DNA of 64,000 nt from Abditibacterium sp. (GCA_965199495.1 CBDASK010000003.1:1152001-1216000), one strand, 5' to 3'. Positions 28,801-39,175 are shown, counted from the first letter of the stretch. Made by a program: numbers and translations. Notes: generated by a model not told the origin, from the sequence alone.

Positions 28801-31752
28801 AGCATTGCCACAAACGTTGCACTTCCAAACGCCCTGCGGCACATGAAACATCAAACCTTGATGATTGACCATGATCGCGTCGGCGAGTTGGGTTTTCTCG
28901 TTGCCAATCGTTGTTCGCACCAGAAAATGATGATCGAACAGCCAATCCACGCAATCGGTGAGCGCCGCGCTCGCGCGGTCTTTGCCAACGATTTTACCCA
29001 GATAATTGGAAAGCGAAGTTTGGCCACCCGAAATCGAGTTAAAGCCCATCGTGCGATACGGCACGCCAGTCACGCTGCTTTTCTGCAACAGAAACCCGAC
29101 CGGCAAATTTGCGCGGCCAAACATCGCATGGCGCGCATCGAGCGGTTTCAGCAACTGCGGGTGCGATAGCGCGCGTTTGAGGCGCATTTCATCGAGCAGA
29201 GTCGCCAGAATCGCGCTCAGTTCGGGCGCGGTAAAATTCCATTTCAGTTGCAACGCAGTCTCGGCACTCGCCAAGTCTTCGAGAGCGTGATCGCCCTGAA
29301 AATAGCGCACGCCGAGCAGACCCAGGCCTTCAAGCGAAACGCGCCGCGCGCCGGGTCGCGCGACTTCGGCTAATATCTGCAACTGAATATCGGCGTATTC
29401 GAGCGCGCTATCGTCGGGATTAGCGGGGCGGCGCGACACCCAAAACAAGCGCCCGTCCTCCTCGCGCGTCGGCTTGGCGCAAAAAGTGGCGTATTGCATC
29501 CGCTTCTTGAAAATCGCCTCCTGCAGCTTCTCGAACGAAACGCCGTTTGCGCCCGCTTCATCGCGCAAAACCTGAAACACCAATTGGCGCCCGATGAACT
29601 GACCGTGTTTGTTGTTGAGGTAGGCCGCTTGAAATGCCGTGTCCTGGCGGTTGTCGCAAAACATTAGCAAGCGGCGCTGTTCTGGGAGCAGATGCTGAAA
29701 AATCGCTTCGACCAAAATGTTGATCGAAACCATCGTCGCCGACCGCAACGGCGTCACCACTTCCAAACCGCCGCCGTAAGCGCCCCTGCACGCCGGACAT
29801 TTGAAGATCGGGCCGAGAAACGCGTGCAGTTGCGGCGCGCGGACGGCAACGCGCGCGTCTTCGCGCGCCCGCGAGTCTTCAGCGCAACCACAACGCGAAA
29901 TCCCGTCGGGCGAAAGCGTGCCGCACGCCGGACACCAACTCGCCGCGTCCATTTGCTGCGCGGGCGTGGTTTCATCGTCGCCTTCGTCTTCGTCGCCGAT
30001 CTGCTGCAACTCGAAAGTCAAGTGCAGCGGTGTCGCGCTGCCCGAACGCGCTTCGCCATCCAAACTCAAACCTTCGGGTTCGCTCGCGGCTTCGCGCGCC
30101 GCGCGTTTGCCGCGCTTGGACGGTTTGGGCTTCAGATGTGCCAGATCGCCGCTGCCCTGCGTCGAGTAGGCGCGCAGGAAATCCTGGCCGCACGAGCGGC
30201 AGACTTCGACCGGCAAACATTTGGCGGCGCACACGGCGCAGGCGTCAGAAAATTCGGTGTGCAGATGGCCGCAGTTCGGATTTGAGCAGCGGAAAAAGCC
30301 CTGCAAACCGCGCCAGAAGATGTGGACTTTGGGCCGAATCAGCGGTTGGCCATCGCTTTTGGCGCGCGCGCCCAGCAGCAAATAAGCCTCGACTTCGCGG
30401 CGCACCGCGTCTTCGTCCAGGCCCGCGCGCGGCGGGGTTTCAAAGGGCAAGGCGACGTGGCTGCTCTCGCCTTCCGCGCCCTCGCGCGTGGGCCAGGTTC
30501 CTTCGCGCAAAAAAGCGACGACCTCTTCGAGCGAACACGGCTCGTGCAACAGCGTTTCGATGGCGCGAAACAGGCCGTTGCCGCGCAAAATCACGCTGAG
30601 AAATTCGCCGGGTGCGTCGGCGCAATCTTTGACCGCTTCCATCTTATCCAAAACCAAATCTTGCGGCCCGATGTGATCGAAACAGAAATCGTAAACCGGC
30701 TGTAAATCGGACAAGTCGCGTAACTTCGCCACGTCCTCGACCGAAATATCGGCGGCACGCGGCCAGTAAAAGGCGCCGTCTGGCGTCGGCACGGCGAGCG
30801 TGATTTCGGTGTGAATATCTTCGGAGCGAAACTCTTCGCCAAACAATCGGGTCGCAAAGGCAGCCACGGGCGCGAGCGTCTCGCCTTTCACCGTTGCCGA
30901 AGTAGCGATGCAGGTGAGCGCACCCGGTTCTTTGCCGGTGTGTTCTTTGAGGCGACGCAGCAGACAGGCGACTTCGACGCCGCGCGCGCCGTGATAGGTA
31001 TGAACTTCGTCCAGAACCAGAAACTTGAGGCGCCCATCGAACAAAACGCGGTCGAGTTTGCGCAACAGCAAAAGCTCAAGCATCGCGTAGTTGGTGAGCA
31101 GAATGTTGGGCAGATGTTTGGGATCGCGGATGTCGCGGCGAAACCACACGGCTTCTGCGGGCAAATCGGCAGGCGGCGCTTCTTTGCCTTTGGCGCGTTC
31201 GTCTTCGGGCGTGTCGCCGGTATAGCGGGCGAACGAAACGCCCGTGCCGCGCAGATAGCGGCCCATGCGCTCCCATTGGTCGTTGGCGAGGGCGTTCATC
31301 GGATACAAAATCAGCGCCTTGATGCCGGGGCCAGGATTTTTCAGACAGTGATCGAGAATCGGCAGAAAGAATGCCTCGGTTTTGCCCGAACCGGTGCCCG
31401 AAGAGACGAGCGCGTTATTTCCCTGTAAAATCGAGGCGATGGCGTTTTTCTGATGCGCGAACAACTGCCAATCGCCAAAGGGCGGCGACTCGCGCCCGCG
31501 CTCATCGGTGAAGCGCCCCGCTTGCAGAACTTTGGGATGCAAACCCAGAATGTCGGCGATGTCGCGCAGCGCCGCCGTCTCGCGCTCGAAAGGCCGCTGC
31601 AACGCCAGAAACGGCCCGCGCCACAGCAAACCTTCTTCCTCGACGCGCGCATGAACCTGCGCCCGCAACTCCGCCGACGCAATCGGAAACGCCGTGCGAA
31701 TGTAGCGCTTATATTCTTCTTGAACGCGATGAACGACTTCAATGGGTTGCAT
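25807..31752 (-). CDS. DEAD/DEAH (YprA/Hrq1-like) helicase with DUF1998 and a C-terminal MIT_C/PLD-like domain
   Basis: SGTGSGKT, LDEVH, TSAT, TPTMEMGVDIG, QRSGRAGR; DUF1998 DGVPGGAGY..CDCDRSCYKCL; tail DPYIR..IHDR..LGRGLDIF. Confidence 0.9.
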   Translation of the reverse strand: MQPIEVVHRVQEEYKRYIRTAFPIASAELRAQVHARVEEEGLLWRGPFLALQRPFERETAALRDIADILGLHPKVLQAGRFTDERGRESPPFGDWQLFAHQKNAIASILQGNNALVSSGTGSGKTEAFFLPILDHCLKNPGPGIKALILYPMNALANDQWERMGRYLRGTGVSFARYTGDTPEDERAKGKEAPPADLPAEAVWFRRDIRDPKHLPNILLTNYAMLELLLLRKLDRVLFDGRLKFLVLDEVHTYHGARGVEVACLLRRLKEHTGKEPGALTCIATSATVKGETLAPVAAFATRLFGEEFRSEDIHTEITLAVPTPDGAFYWPRAADISVEDVAKLRDLSDLQPVYDFCFDHIGPQDLVLDKMEAVKDCADAPGEFLSVILRGNGLFRAIETLLHEPCSLEEVVAFLREGTWPTREGAEGESSHVALPFETPPRAGLDEDAVRREVEAYLLLGARAKSDGQPLIRPKVHIFWRGLQGFFRCSNPNCGHLHTEFSDACAVCAAKCLPVEVCRSCGQDFLRAYSTQGSGDLAHLKPKPSKRGKRAAREAASEPEGLSLDGEARSGSATPLHLTFELQQIGDEDEGDDETTPAQQMDAASWCPACGTLSPDGISRCGCAEDSRAREDARVAVRAPQLHAFLGPIFKCPACRGAYGGGLEVVTPLRSATMVSINILVEAIFQHLLPEQRRLLMFCDNRQDTAFQAAYLNNKHGQFIGRQLVFQVLRDEAGANGVSFEKLQEAIFKKRMQYATFCAKPTREEDGRLFWVSRRPANPDDSALEYADIQLQILAEVARPGARRVSLEGLGLLGVRYFQGDHALEDLASAETALQLKWNFTAPELSAILATLLDEMRLKRALSHPQLLKPLDARHAMFGRANLPVGFLLQKSSVTGVPYRTMGFNSISGGQTSLSNYLGKIVGKDRASAALTDCVDWLFDHHFLVRTTIGNEKTQLADAIMVNHQGLMFHVPQGVWKCNVCGNASEHNARGVCARWQCNGRLSPFESDDQNYYVDTYRHREPFRLLAGEHSAQLSGKRRIEVERAFKSGESDVLVCTPTMEMGVDIGDLPGVFLRNMPPGPANYAQRSGRAGRKERISLVNAFALSRAHDSYFYERPTQMITGAIEPPEFSLDNQRILRRQIHSLLLEKLDFQFPTRLGELLAEDSDTLEFPDLQTELAARRGAIVKGVLEAFGRGEAGLEWVTQVEAERIVDEFYAGLMAAFEPWTQERNILLEETLALAIEKAKLARRDPKAAAALSERESFLFDLMSTVDGAYPLSYLSDKSFLPSYAFPSDAARLIPKDEVKAPVLRAAGVALSEYAPGNSIYMDGRKYQVIGLDFHRAPKPDLDASFKMCDRCDFVSFDPMAMRCPHCKVDLSPHTQPVLMATSFVAERAEAIGADEEYRQRAFFGSGTHLLEGEEGEGENWNWIGASALLRRRAEILQTNTGLVEEEGQGFSLCRSCGYWHSPTSKAKWEEHKLLHNRKQVCGGNPLVAHLGYRFDTDALCLRFSEVEDRGEEFFASLQSALLGASTTVAGAETGEIGGFSRRIGRAEGSEGALFERELVLFDGVPGGAGYVRKVASRFTEVLAAARAILDGCDCDRSCYKCLRTYGNQRQHDLLDKNLIAPYLDALIAGNAPETHARLATFGAGAKLLGSTRRAAWLQRAWRRIAPLQTILFVGEVSSEASTGAQNWGRFLCEWKRAHADCEITIVLAALPTLESLTEENFARVKTVLDWIEAGILVRHLPSSSPETAQWQVALQGESPLCLAVEGQAFPLAPELDEASLSLVYSEDAKTARLAFETLETVFKSATKVTPASFQSANTPSVAQVASHKIIEMGDGDLRSFREIFGSYLAGVKEVTLVDPYIRAFYQMRNIEDLLRECPLAIGAKFHLITMFDAQSDYGEEDSRARLEDLQERLKATGINFTFEFSDRIHDRKMELPNWLIILGRGLDIFHAPTWNDGNSGGRRTKEGRIVILPK

Positions 31753-31764
31753 AGGTTGGTTAGA

Positions 31765-34700
31765 TTACGCGTGCTGGGCTTTCCAAAAGATACGTTTGGC
31801 TAATTCATCAATTTCCGCTAACTGCTTAACAGTTACTGATTTCTCGCTTTGGTAAATTGAGCGGATAATTCCACTCAGTTGTTGTGCTTCTTTCGGAGCT
31901 ATGTTTGGTTTCGGAACAGGAATTTCCCTAACTTGCTTCGGATACACGTCAGAAAAATCTCCTTGGAGAGTCTTTGTAGCAAGTGTGTTCTTGAAGATTT
32001 CGGCAACTTCAAATGATCCCAGTATTCCAGCAAGATAAAAAATGTCAGGCTTGTCGTCACCACAAATTTGGTAACCCGCATAAGAAATGTGTTCTTCATA
32101 TGCAGGGATATTTGAGAATTCTGTCAAGACTAAAACTGTATCGTCGCAAAACAGATCTGTCTCATCTGGATATGCAATTAGCCGATAGCCATCAGAAGTC
32201 CTTTTGCGTAAAAGAACCTTCGGCGACTCAAAGAGTTCTTGATAGCGTGGGCCATACATCTCTCCTTTCCGGTAGTCGAGGAAGCGTCCAGACCATTGGA
32301 CATCAAAGATGCCCAGCTCTTTTCCATCGACAAATCTCTTACTATTTCCTATCTCGGAGTCACTCAAGAGGTCGTATTTGGTAAACATTCCAGGCTTTTT
32401 GCTGTGCATGGTCGCTCCAACATTAACATAGAAAATTTCACCAACTTTCCAAAAGTTGTTGCCATCGAAATTTGTCTCTTCTACTTCATCATCATCAAAC
32501 CGTATCTGAAAATTGAAGTTTCCTAAAAATTCATTTTTAGAAATCGACTTCTTTTCAATGACCTTAATCTTTTCTACGGTTGAAAGAGAGACCTCAACCT
32601 CGTAAGAGGAGTCAATTTCACATGATCTGATTAGGGGAATAAAGCAATGTCTTGACACGTCCTCAAAAACGTTCTCAGATCCGAAATGCATGATCGAGAT
32701 CAAGTGGTTTTTAGACAAAATGAACTGTCTTAACTTAGTGCCATATTTTTCCATCGCCACTGAATTTGGAAGAATGAAAGAGCAATGGTGATTCGCTTTT
32801 ATTAACCAAACACCTTGTATGATGAACGGGATAGATAAATCCCAGTGTCCGCTCAAGTAGCTCTCGAAATTCGATAATTTAGCGAGAGCATTTCTACCTG
32901 CCTGAGCTGAGTCTGTCATACCCCAGGCGTTTTGATACGGCGGATTGCCCACAACCGCGTCGAATCCTCCGTTTTCTTTCTTTTGTCCGAATTGGTTGAA
33001 CCAGACTTCGGGGAACATCAGTTCCCAATGGAAGAATTTCTGTGCTTTGGCGACGGGCGAGAATTGTTTGCGGGCGAGTTCGACATCGGTGAGCACAGCC
33101 TCGAAGTTGAGGAACTCTTCGCCGAAATAGGCAGAAGTCCAGCCATCGGCGACGTTGACGAAGGGGCGGCGCAACGCGTCGAGCGCCGCGTCCGCCGCTT
33201 TTTTGGCTTTCACGTCGTCGGTCGTCGCGGTTTCGCGCGCCATAATATCCATGACTGCGCCGACCATCGTCGGCAGTTTGGCTTTGAACTGGTTCTCGAA
33301 CAGGTTGCCCTGTCCGTTATCTTTGGCGTTGGCTTTCGAGCCGCGCGCGCGTTTCAAATCGGAGAGCCAGGCGCCGATCAGGGCGTTGCCGGGTTTGAGA
33401 TGGTGATTGAGAAACGAGAGCGGCGCACTTTTGCTCATGGTGAACAGCCAGAGCGACAATTTGGCGAGTTCGACCGCCATCGGGTTCAAGTCCACGCCGT
33501 AAATGCACTTTTCCACCACCAGCCGTTTCGATTCGAGCTGTCGCGCCTCGGCGCCGTGGCTGCTCGTGCCCTGCGCGCCTTCGCGCGTCAGCGCCTCGCC
33601 ATAACTCTGGGCCAGAAAATCTGCCGCCTCGACCAAAAAGTGACCGCTACCCATCGCCGGATCGAGAACTTTTACTTCCAAAATCTCGGCGGGCGACAAA
33701 GGCCCGCTCACGGTCGAGTCGGCGGGCCGCGCCTCGCCGCGCACCAGCGGGCCGAGCGTGTTTTCGACGATATATTTAACGATGTAATCGGGCGTATAAT
33801 AGGAGCCGGACGATTTGCGTTTCGACTCGCGCCCGCCGTAAGCGAGATAATACTCGCCCGCCTCTTTGACGCCCGAAACTTTGCCGATGCGCGCGGTGAA
33901 TTTGCCTTTGTTCTCTTCGCGCGTCGCGCGCCATTTGTCCAGATCGAGCTGTTCCGCCGCCTTCAAATCGGCGGGCGCGACGTATTCGTCCACTTTCTTG
34001 GTGGTGCCGCGCCGCGTCACCACAAGTTCTTGGTCAGCAATCGCGGCGGCATATTCCAGCAAGCCCTCGTAAATCGAACCCAGATGGCGCACGTCGAGAT
34101 CGCGGTAAGTCACTTTTTTGCGCCCTTCGCCCTTTTTGGGCTGAGTGCGCGACAGCAAATCAATCGCGCGTGCCAGATGATAATCGTCCGGCCCAAACAC
34201 CTCTAAAAACGGGTGATTGTCGGGATCGAACAGCCCGCCATTGTAAGGCGGAATCACGTTGCTATAGCCGCGATCGATTAATCCGAACAGTTCGTGCAAA
34301 CGCTTCCACAAATCGAAACTGCCCTGCGAAAAATAGACGGTTTTGTCGGGATCGTCGTGCGTGGCCTTCACTTCGTCGCGCAACGCCTCGAACGAGTAAG
34401 TCTCGCGATAGAGTTCGACATCGAGCGGCAGCAAATCGCGGCTTTCGGCATAAAGCGCGAACAACAAACGATACATCAGCGCGAGTGATTCTTCGTAAAT
34501 CGTATCGAGTAAGGGCGCCGAATCGAGATAAGCGTCGGGCTGGCCAGCGAAATCGGGCGCGCCTTTGGCGATCCATTCGCTCAGTTCGGCAGAGGACGGA
34601 TCGGCGCGCAGACGGCGCAAAAAACCGGCGCCCAATTCTTCGAGCGCGTCGAAAACGTTCTTTTTGAGGTCTTGCCCCAGCGTTTTGGCGTGCTGCTCCG

Positions 34701-36066
34701 AACCATCAGCCACGCGCACCAGACGGGTCTTATCGCCCGCGTCGCGCGCCGTAAAAGCCTCGCCGCTTAGCAGGCGCAACGCGTAGCTCCAGGCGTTAAG
34801 CGCGCCTTCGCGCGTTTTCTCATCACTCGATTGCGCCGATTGCAGCAGAGTATCGAGATCGAATTCCAAAAACGCGCGCGAACGGTTACTCGCGTGCCGC
34901 CCGTAAATGCGGAAACGCAAGCCATCGGTCACGAGCGCATAAGGCACGCCGCTCGTCGCGAGCGCGCGGCCCGCGACTTCGCCGACCGGCAAATGCGTGT
35001 GCGCTTCGTCGGCGACATCGGGCAAGGGAGAATCCAAGCCGTCGCCCTGACGCGAAGGCACGACGTAAAGCAGCGCGGCAATCGTCTTTTCGCCCTCTTT
35101 GTTGCTGTAATTCGCGGCGGGCGCATTGCCATCGAAAGTCGTAACAGCGTCAGGCCGAAAAATTTGTCCGTCGCCGACGAATTCTACGCCGGATTGCCAA
35201 TTCCAACCCAGAGCCGCGCCCAGTTGCGCGAGCCAACCGCCCGGCGCCAACAAGTCGGCGGGTGTCGCGCTTCTGGCTTTGGCGGCTTCGGTTTTATAAA
35301 TTTTGGCAAGACTTTTCAGCCCATCTTTGAGATCTTTATCATCAAGGTCGAGACGCTCTTTTTCATCGAAAACGTGTTCAAGGTAATAATCGGAGAAAAA
35401 TGATTCGGAGTTTTTGAGATAGGGATACAAAAACGAGCGATAAGCCGTCGCTTTTCCGGTTGTTCCTTGTTGCGGGCGTTCGAGCGTAGCGCGAATGGCG
35501 GCTTCGGCCAGAGCGCGGTAGAATTTGGCGGCTTCAACGAGCGCCTTCTTGACGGCGGGCGCGCTGCGATTAAAGTCGGAGTGGCCCCAGGCGTTGCGCA
35601 AATCGCGCCCGATGGTGAGCGCGTAATTAACCGCTTTGTCGGGCGCGTAAGCCGCATCGCGCGTTTTTTTGTCGCGCCAGCTTTCCACCAGTCTGCGGGC
35701 CTCGCGGTCTTTATGAATTTCGTTATTCCACAGAAAAACGTCCTTCTTCGCCCAGATCGCGTCCAACAGCGCGAGCGGCATTTCGTCGCACAGCCGTTTC
35801 ACTTCGGGGAAGGTCGCGGCTTCTTTGCCCCATTCGGAGAGCGCGTGGTTTTCGCTCTCGCCGCGCGTCTGAGCGATGAGCGAAAGTTGCCGCACCGCTT
35901 GCCAGGCGCTGCCAAACCCGTCGTAGCCGTCGCTGGTCGAAAGCGACGCGCGCAGGTGCTCGATGGCGTGGCTGGTAAAGACGCACCAGGGCGAGGAAAC
36001 GGGATAACCGTGCGCGCCCTGTTCGCGTCGGCGCAATTCGATGAATTTGGCGATGGTCTGGGACAT
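31765..36066 (-). CDS. N6-adenine DNA methyltransferase (Eco57I/type IIG/DrmMI-like) with an N-terminal HEPN-like domain
   Basis: LDPAMGSGHF (motif I), GNPPY (motif IV), YNGGLF, LGSIYEGLL, RKSSGSYYTP; RNAWGH in the N-terminal domain. Confidence 0.9.
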   Translation of the reverse strand: MSQTIAKFIELRRREQGAHGYPVSSPWCVFTSHAIEHLRASLSTSDGYDGFGSAWQAVRQLSLIAQTRGESENHALSEWGKEAATFPEVKRLCDEMPLALLDAIWAKKDVFLWNNEIHKDREARRLVESWRDKKTRDAAYAPDKAVNYALTIGRDLRNAWGHSDFNRSAPAVKKALVEAAKFYRALAEAAIRATLERPQQGTTGKATAYRSFLYPYLKNSESFFSDYYLEHVFDEKERLDLDDKDLKDGLKSLAKIYKTEAAKARSATPADLLAPGGWLAQLGAALGWNWQSGVEFVGDGQIFRPDAVTTFDGNAPAANYSNKEGEKTIAALLYVVPSRQGDGLDSPLPDVADEAHTHLPVGEVAGRALATSGVPYALVTDGLRFRIYGRHASNRSRAFLEFDLDTLLQSAQSSDEKTREGALNAWSYALRLLSGEAFTARDAGDKTRLVRVADGSEQHAKTLGQDLKKNVFDALEELGAGFLRRLRADPSSAELSEWIAKGAPDFAGQPDAYLDSAPLLDTIYEESLALMYRLLFALYAESRDLLPLDVELYRETYSFEALRDEVKATHDDPDKTVYFSQGSFDLWKRLHELFGLIDRGYSNVIPPYNGGLFDPDNHPFLEVFGPDDYHLARAIDLLSRTQPKKGEGRKKVTYRDLDVRHLGSIYEGLLEYAAAIADQELVVTRRGTTKKVDEYVAPADLKAAEQLDLDKWRATREENKGKFTARIGKVSGVKEAGEYYLAYGGRESKRKSSGSYYTPDYIVKYIVENTLGPLVRGEARPADSTVSGPLSPAEILEVKVLDPAMGSGHFLVEAADFLAQSYGEALTREGAQGTSSHGAEARQLESKRLVVEKCIYGVDLNPMAVELAKLSLWLFTMSKSAPLSFLNHHLKPGNALIGAWLSDLKRARGSKANAKDNGQGNLFENQFKAKLPTMVGAVMDIMARETATTDDVKAKKAADAALDALRRPFVNVADGWTSAYFGEEFLNFEAVLTDVELARKQFSPVAKAQKFFHWELMFPEVWFNQFGQKKENGGFDAVVGNPPYQNAWGMTDSAQAGRNALAKLSNFESYLSGHWDLSIPFIIQGVWLIKANHHCSFILPNSVAMEKYGTKLRQFILSKNHLISIMHFGSENVFEDVSRHCFIPLIRSCEIDSSYEVEVSLSTVEKIKVIEKKSISKNEFLGNFNFQIRFDDDEVEETNFDGNNFWKVGEIFYVNVGATMHSKKPGMFTKYDLLSDSEIGNSKRFVDGKELGIFDVQWSGRFLDYRKGEMYGPRYQELFESPKVLLRKRTSDGYRLIAYPDETDLFCDDTVLVLTEFSNIPAYEEHISYAGYQICGDDKPDIFYLAGILGSFEVAEIFKNTLATKTLQGDFSDVYPKQVREIPVPKPNIAPKEAQQLSGIIRSIYQSEKSVTVKQLAEIDELAKRIFWKAQHA

Positions 36067-36070
36067 AAAG

Positions 36071-39000
36071 TTAAGCGATGGGAACAGTTAACGCGAAATT
36101 CAGCAGTTGTGGCGCGAGGTGCGCGCCCAGGCGCATTTTTTCAATCGAAAGGCGTCGCTCATCGGCGCGATGGGCGTGGAGTTTCTCTTCATTTTCCAGG
36201 CGGGTGCGAAATGCGCGCATGGTGGAGTCATCGAACAAATCGAGCTGGTGAGAACCATCTTCGCCGCTATGACGGCGCCGATCAAATTGCTCGCGAATGC
36301 CCCGATCGAAGCGCTGGAGGTCTTCGAGCAAAAAACAGACTTCCTCTTCACGGCTGGCGCCGACATTGGCATATCCCCGCTGATAATGCTCGCGCGCCCA
36401 CGCTTCGGCTTTGTCGCGGAGCGCGGGCAAGGCGTCGGAGAGTTGGGTTCGCATTTCGGGCGAAATTTCACCACTGCGGGCGGCTTGAAGATAAAATTTC
36501 TGCCCCCGACTCGGCGCGATTTCGCCATCGAGTCCGACCCAGACCGGCTCCAACTCTTCACGCACGACGCGGCCTTGTTGATCTTCAAAGGAGAGCAGGA
36601 AATTCCACAGAATGCCTGGCCCGCCGCTGTAATCGAGCGCCAGGCAGGTAGTTTGTCCACTCAGTTGGGCGAATTGAGTTACGCGGCAATATCGCACCAT
36701 GCGCCCGATGAGAGGATGCCCGAAAGCCACGAACTCTGGCTCATCGGCGCGATTCCAAACTTCGCCGTCGGGTGCGTTCATCGCCAGCGTCCGCTCGAAG
36801 GTCGCGCGCGGATAAAAGCGCGGCATTTTGTCGTCCTGCAAAACCAGCGGCACCGGCAAACGAAATATGCCCGCCGTGTTGGTATTGCCCAATTTGCGCC
36901 CATCCAATGCGCCGCTACCAGCGTCGCCATAAAGCCGCAGAAAAGTTTCCACGAAACTCTTTACATCTTTGTGATCTGGCAACACCTTCTCCGAAGCCGC
37001 GACGACTTCCCGCGCCTCCTCGTTTTGCGCGCGCCCAAACTCGCGTGGCCCAGAAATGAAGCGCGTATCGCGCAGCGCCGTCGCCATCGCCTCAATTTTC
37101 TGCAGTTCGCGCTCGGCTTCCTGCGTCACGGCCTGCGCCGAACGAGTTTTGTCGAGCGCGCCCAAAATCAGTTGATCGAGCGAGACTTTTTCTAAAACGC
37201 CCAAAACTTCGGCCATGCTGCCCAGTTGGCGGCGAATGATTTCAATTTTGGCGGCGAGAAGATTGAAAATATCCGCCTCTTTGGAATCCTCGATCATCAA
37301 ATTGTAGATTTGCGCCGTGTGCTTCTGGCCATAGCGATGAATGCGCCCAATGCGTTGCTCCAGCCGGTTGGGATTCCAGGGCAACTCGTAATTGACTAAT
37401 ATGTGGCAATGTTTCTGAAGGTTCAAACCTTCCGAAGCGGCGTCAGTCGCCAGCAAAATTCGCGTATCGGGATCGTTGAAGCGGCGCTCGGCCCACAATT
37501 TCGAGCCTTCATCGTTTTCGTCTTCGCCCAAACCCATGCCGCCGTGCAATTGCACGATTTGTGCGGAAGTGACCCACCATTCTTTCTCCAAAGCGCGACG
37601 AATGTAATTCAGCGTGTCACGGTATTCGGTGAAGATGATGACCTTCTCGTTTTCTTTGAGACAGGCACGCACAAAATCCAAGAGCCAGCGCAATTTGGAA
37701 TCTTGCCCTCCGTCGATAATACCGTCGGCCAATGCGAGCAGTTCGCGCAAAGTTTTGATTTCGTTCGTGCGATTGGCATACATCGCTTGCACATTACGCG
37801 TTTCCAAAAAGCGCTCGACGCGCTCGCGGTCGTCGTCCTCCATGTAATCCTGCGAATCGCCGCCGTCGTAATCGCGCAACAAGCGACGCAGCTCCCGATC
37901 CGAAGGAAAACCAATTTTGGTGACAGTGCGCGCATCAATAATGGATTCGATGCGCCGCGCGAGCGTTTCGCGGAGCGCAAACGGACTGGAAACCATGCGT
38001 TTTTGGACGAGCGCCAGCAGAAAGCGTCCGATATTGCGCTCGGATGCCGAGATAGTGCGTTTTCGCGCTAATTGCGCCCAGTGACCGCCGGTGTAATCGG
38101 ACACTGCGTCGTAGAGCGCACGTTCGGGCGCCGAGAAATGCACCGCGACCGGATGCGGCTCGCGTGGCGGAAACTTCGGCACCAGTTCGCCCGCCGGGTT
38201 GATTTCAAACACCGATTCTTTGCCGCGACGAATCATCACGCGCTCGACGCGCGCCAGTGCTCCGATGCGATCTAACTCGTCCGCCGAGGCGAAAAGAAAC
38301 GGGTCTATTAAGCGCAGCAAATTCCAGAAATGTTCGGGATTGCCCGAATGTGGCGTGGCCGTGAGTAAAAGCAGGGCTTCGCATCTATCGGCCAGAGCGC
38401 GTCCCAAATCGGAGCGATTGGAGTCGGTCGAAGCGTAATGCGCCTCGTCCAAAATAACCAAATCCCAAGGCCGCTCAACGACCATGAGTTGATCGTAGGC
38501 GCGATTGAGATTGCGCCGAGCATTGCCTTGCCCTTCCCAATGTGGCTTAATCCAATCAATTGAAGTCACCACAGAATTCTTGGCGAGCCACGGATTAAGC
38601 GTTTCGTCAACCGCTTCCTGAATTCCCTCAATTTTGCGCGAGTTGTAAATGTAGAAAGTGCGGTGGAAATGCCTCTGCATTTCCTTCTTCCACTGGTCTT
38701 GCAGCGAAGCGGGCACGACGATGAGAACCCGCGTCCCGCGCCCGCGCGCCGCCAGCTCTTGCATCACCAAACCGGCCTCGATGGTTTTGCCCAACCCCAC
38801 ATCGTCCGCAATGAGAAAGCGCTGACGCAAACCGTCCATCACGGTCTTGACCGCCATGAGTTGAAACGGCTCCGGCACCATTTTGGAATTGGAAATCGAG
38901 AGCAACTTATCGTATTCGTAAACCAGCGAAAGCCGCACCGCATTGGTGAGCAAGCGATAAGCATCGGGCGGCCCCATGTTTTCGATAGAAAGCATGTTAT

Positions 39001-39175
39001 CGGCGCTTTGCACCCGCTCGATGGAGGTAAGCGGAAACAAAAATGGCTTAGCGCCGCCGCTTTCGCTCCACAAACGCACCGTCCACGAGTCTTCGCCGTG
39101 TGCCTCGATTTTGATGACTTCCCAATTCTGATTGCGACAACGCACGGTATCGCCCACATCAAATTCCAATTTCAT
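36071..39175 (-). CDS. SNF2-family helicase (DrmD-like)
   Basis: IADDVGLGKT, LDEAH, LTATP, TDAASEGLNLQ, WNPNRLEQRIGRIHRYGQ. Confidence 0.9.
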   Translation of the reverse strand: MKLEFDVGDTVRCRNQNWEVIKIEAHGEDSWTVRLWSESGGAKPFLFPLTSIERVQSADNMLSIENMGPPDAYRLLTNAVRLSLVYEYDKLLSISNSKMVPEPFQLMAVKTVMDGLRQRFLIADDVGLGKTIEAGLVMQELAARGRGTRVLIVVPASLQDQWKKEMQRHFHRTFYIYNSRKIEGIQEAVDETLNPWLAKNSVVTSIDWIKPHWEGQGNARRNLNRAYDQLMVVERPWDLVILDEAHYASTDSNRSDLGRALADRCEALLLLTATPHSGNPEHFWNLLRLIDPFLFASADELDRIGALARVERVMIRRGKESVFEINPAGELVPKFPPREPHPVAVHFSAPERALYDAVSDYTGGHWAQLARKRTISASERNIGRFLLALVQKRMVSSPFALRETLARRIESIIDARTVTKIGFPSDRELRRLLRDYDGGDSQDYMEDDDRERVERFLETRNVQAMYANRTNEIKTLRELLALADGIIDGGQDSKLRWLLDFVRACLKENEKVIIFTEYRDTLNYIRRALEKEWWVTSAQIVQLHGGMGLGEDENDEGSKLWAERRFNDPDTRILLATDAASEGLNLQKHCHILVNYELPWNPNRLEQRIGRIHRYGQKHTAQIYNLMIEDSKEADIFNLLAAKIEIIRRQLGSMAEVLGVLEKVSLDQLILGALDKTRSAQAVTQEAERELQKIEAMATALRDTRFISGPREFGRAQNEEAREVVAASEKVLPDHKDVKSFVETFLRLYGDAGSGALDGRKLGNTNTAGIFRLPVPLVLQDDKMPRFYPRATFERTLAMNAPDGEVWNRADEPEFVAFGHPLIGRMVRYCRVTQFAQLSGQTTCLALDYSGGPGILWNFLLSFEDQQGRVVREELEPVWVGLDGEIAPSRGQKFYLQAARSGEISPEMRTQLSDALPALRDKAEAWAREHYQRGYANVGASREEEVCFLLEDLQRFDRGIREQFDRRRHSGEDGSHQLDLFDDSTMRAFRTRLENEEKLHAHRADERRLSIEKMRLGAHLAPQLLNFALTVPIA

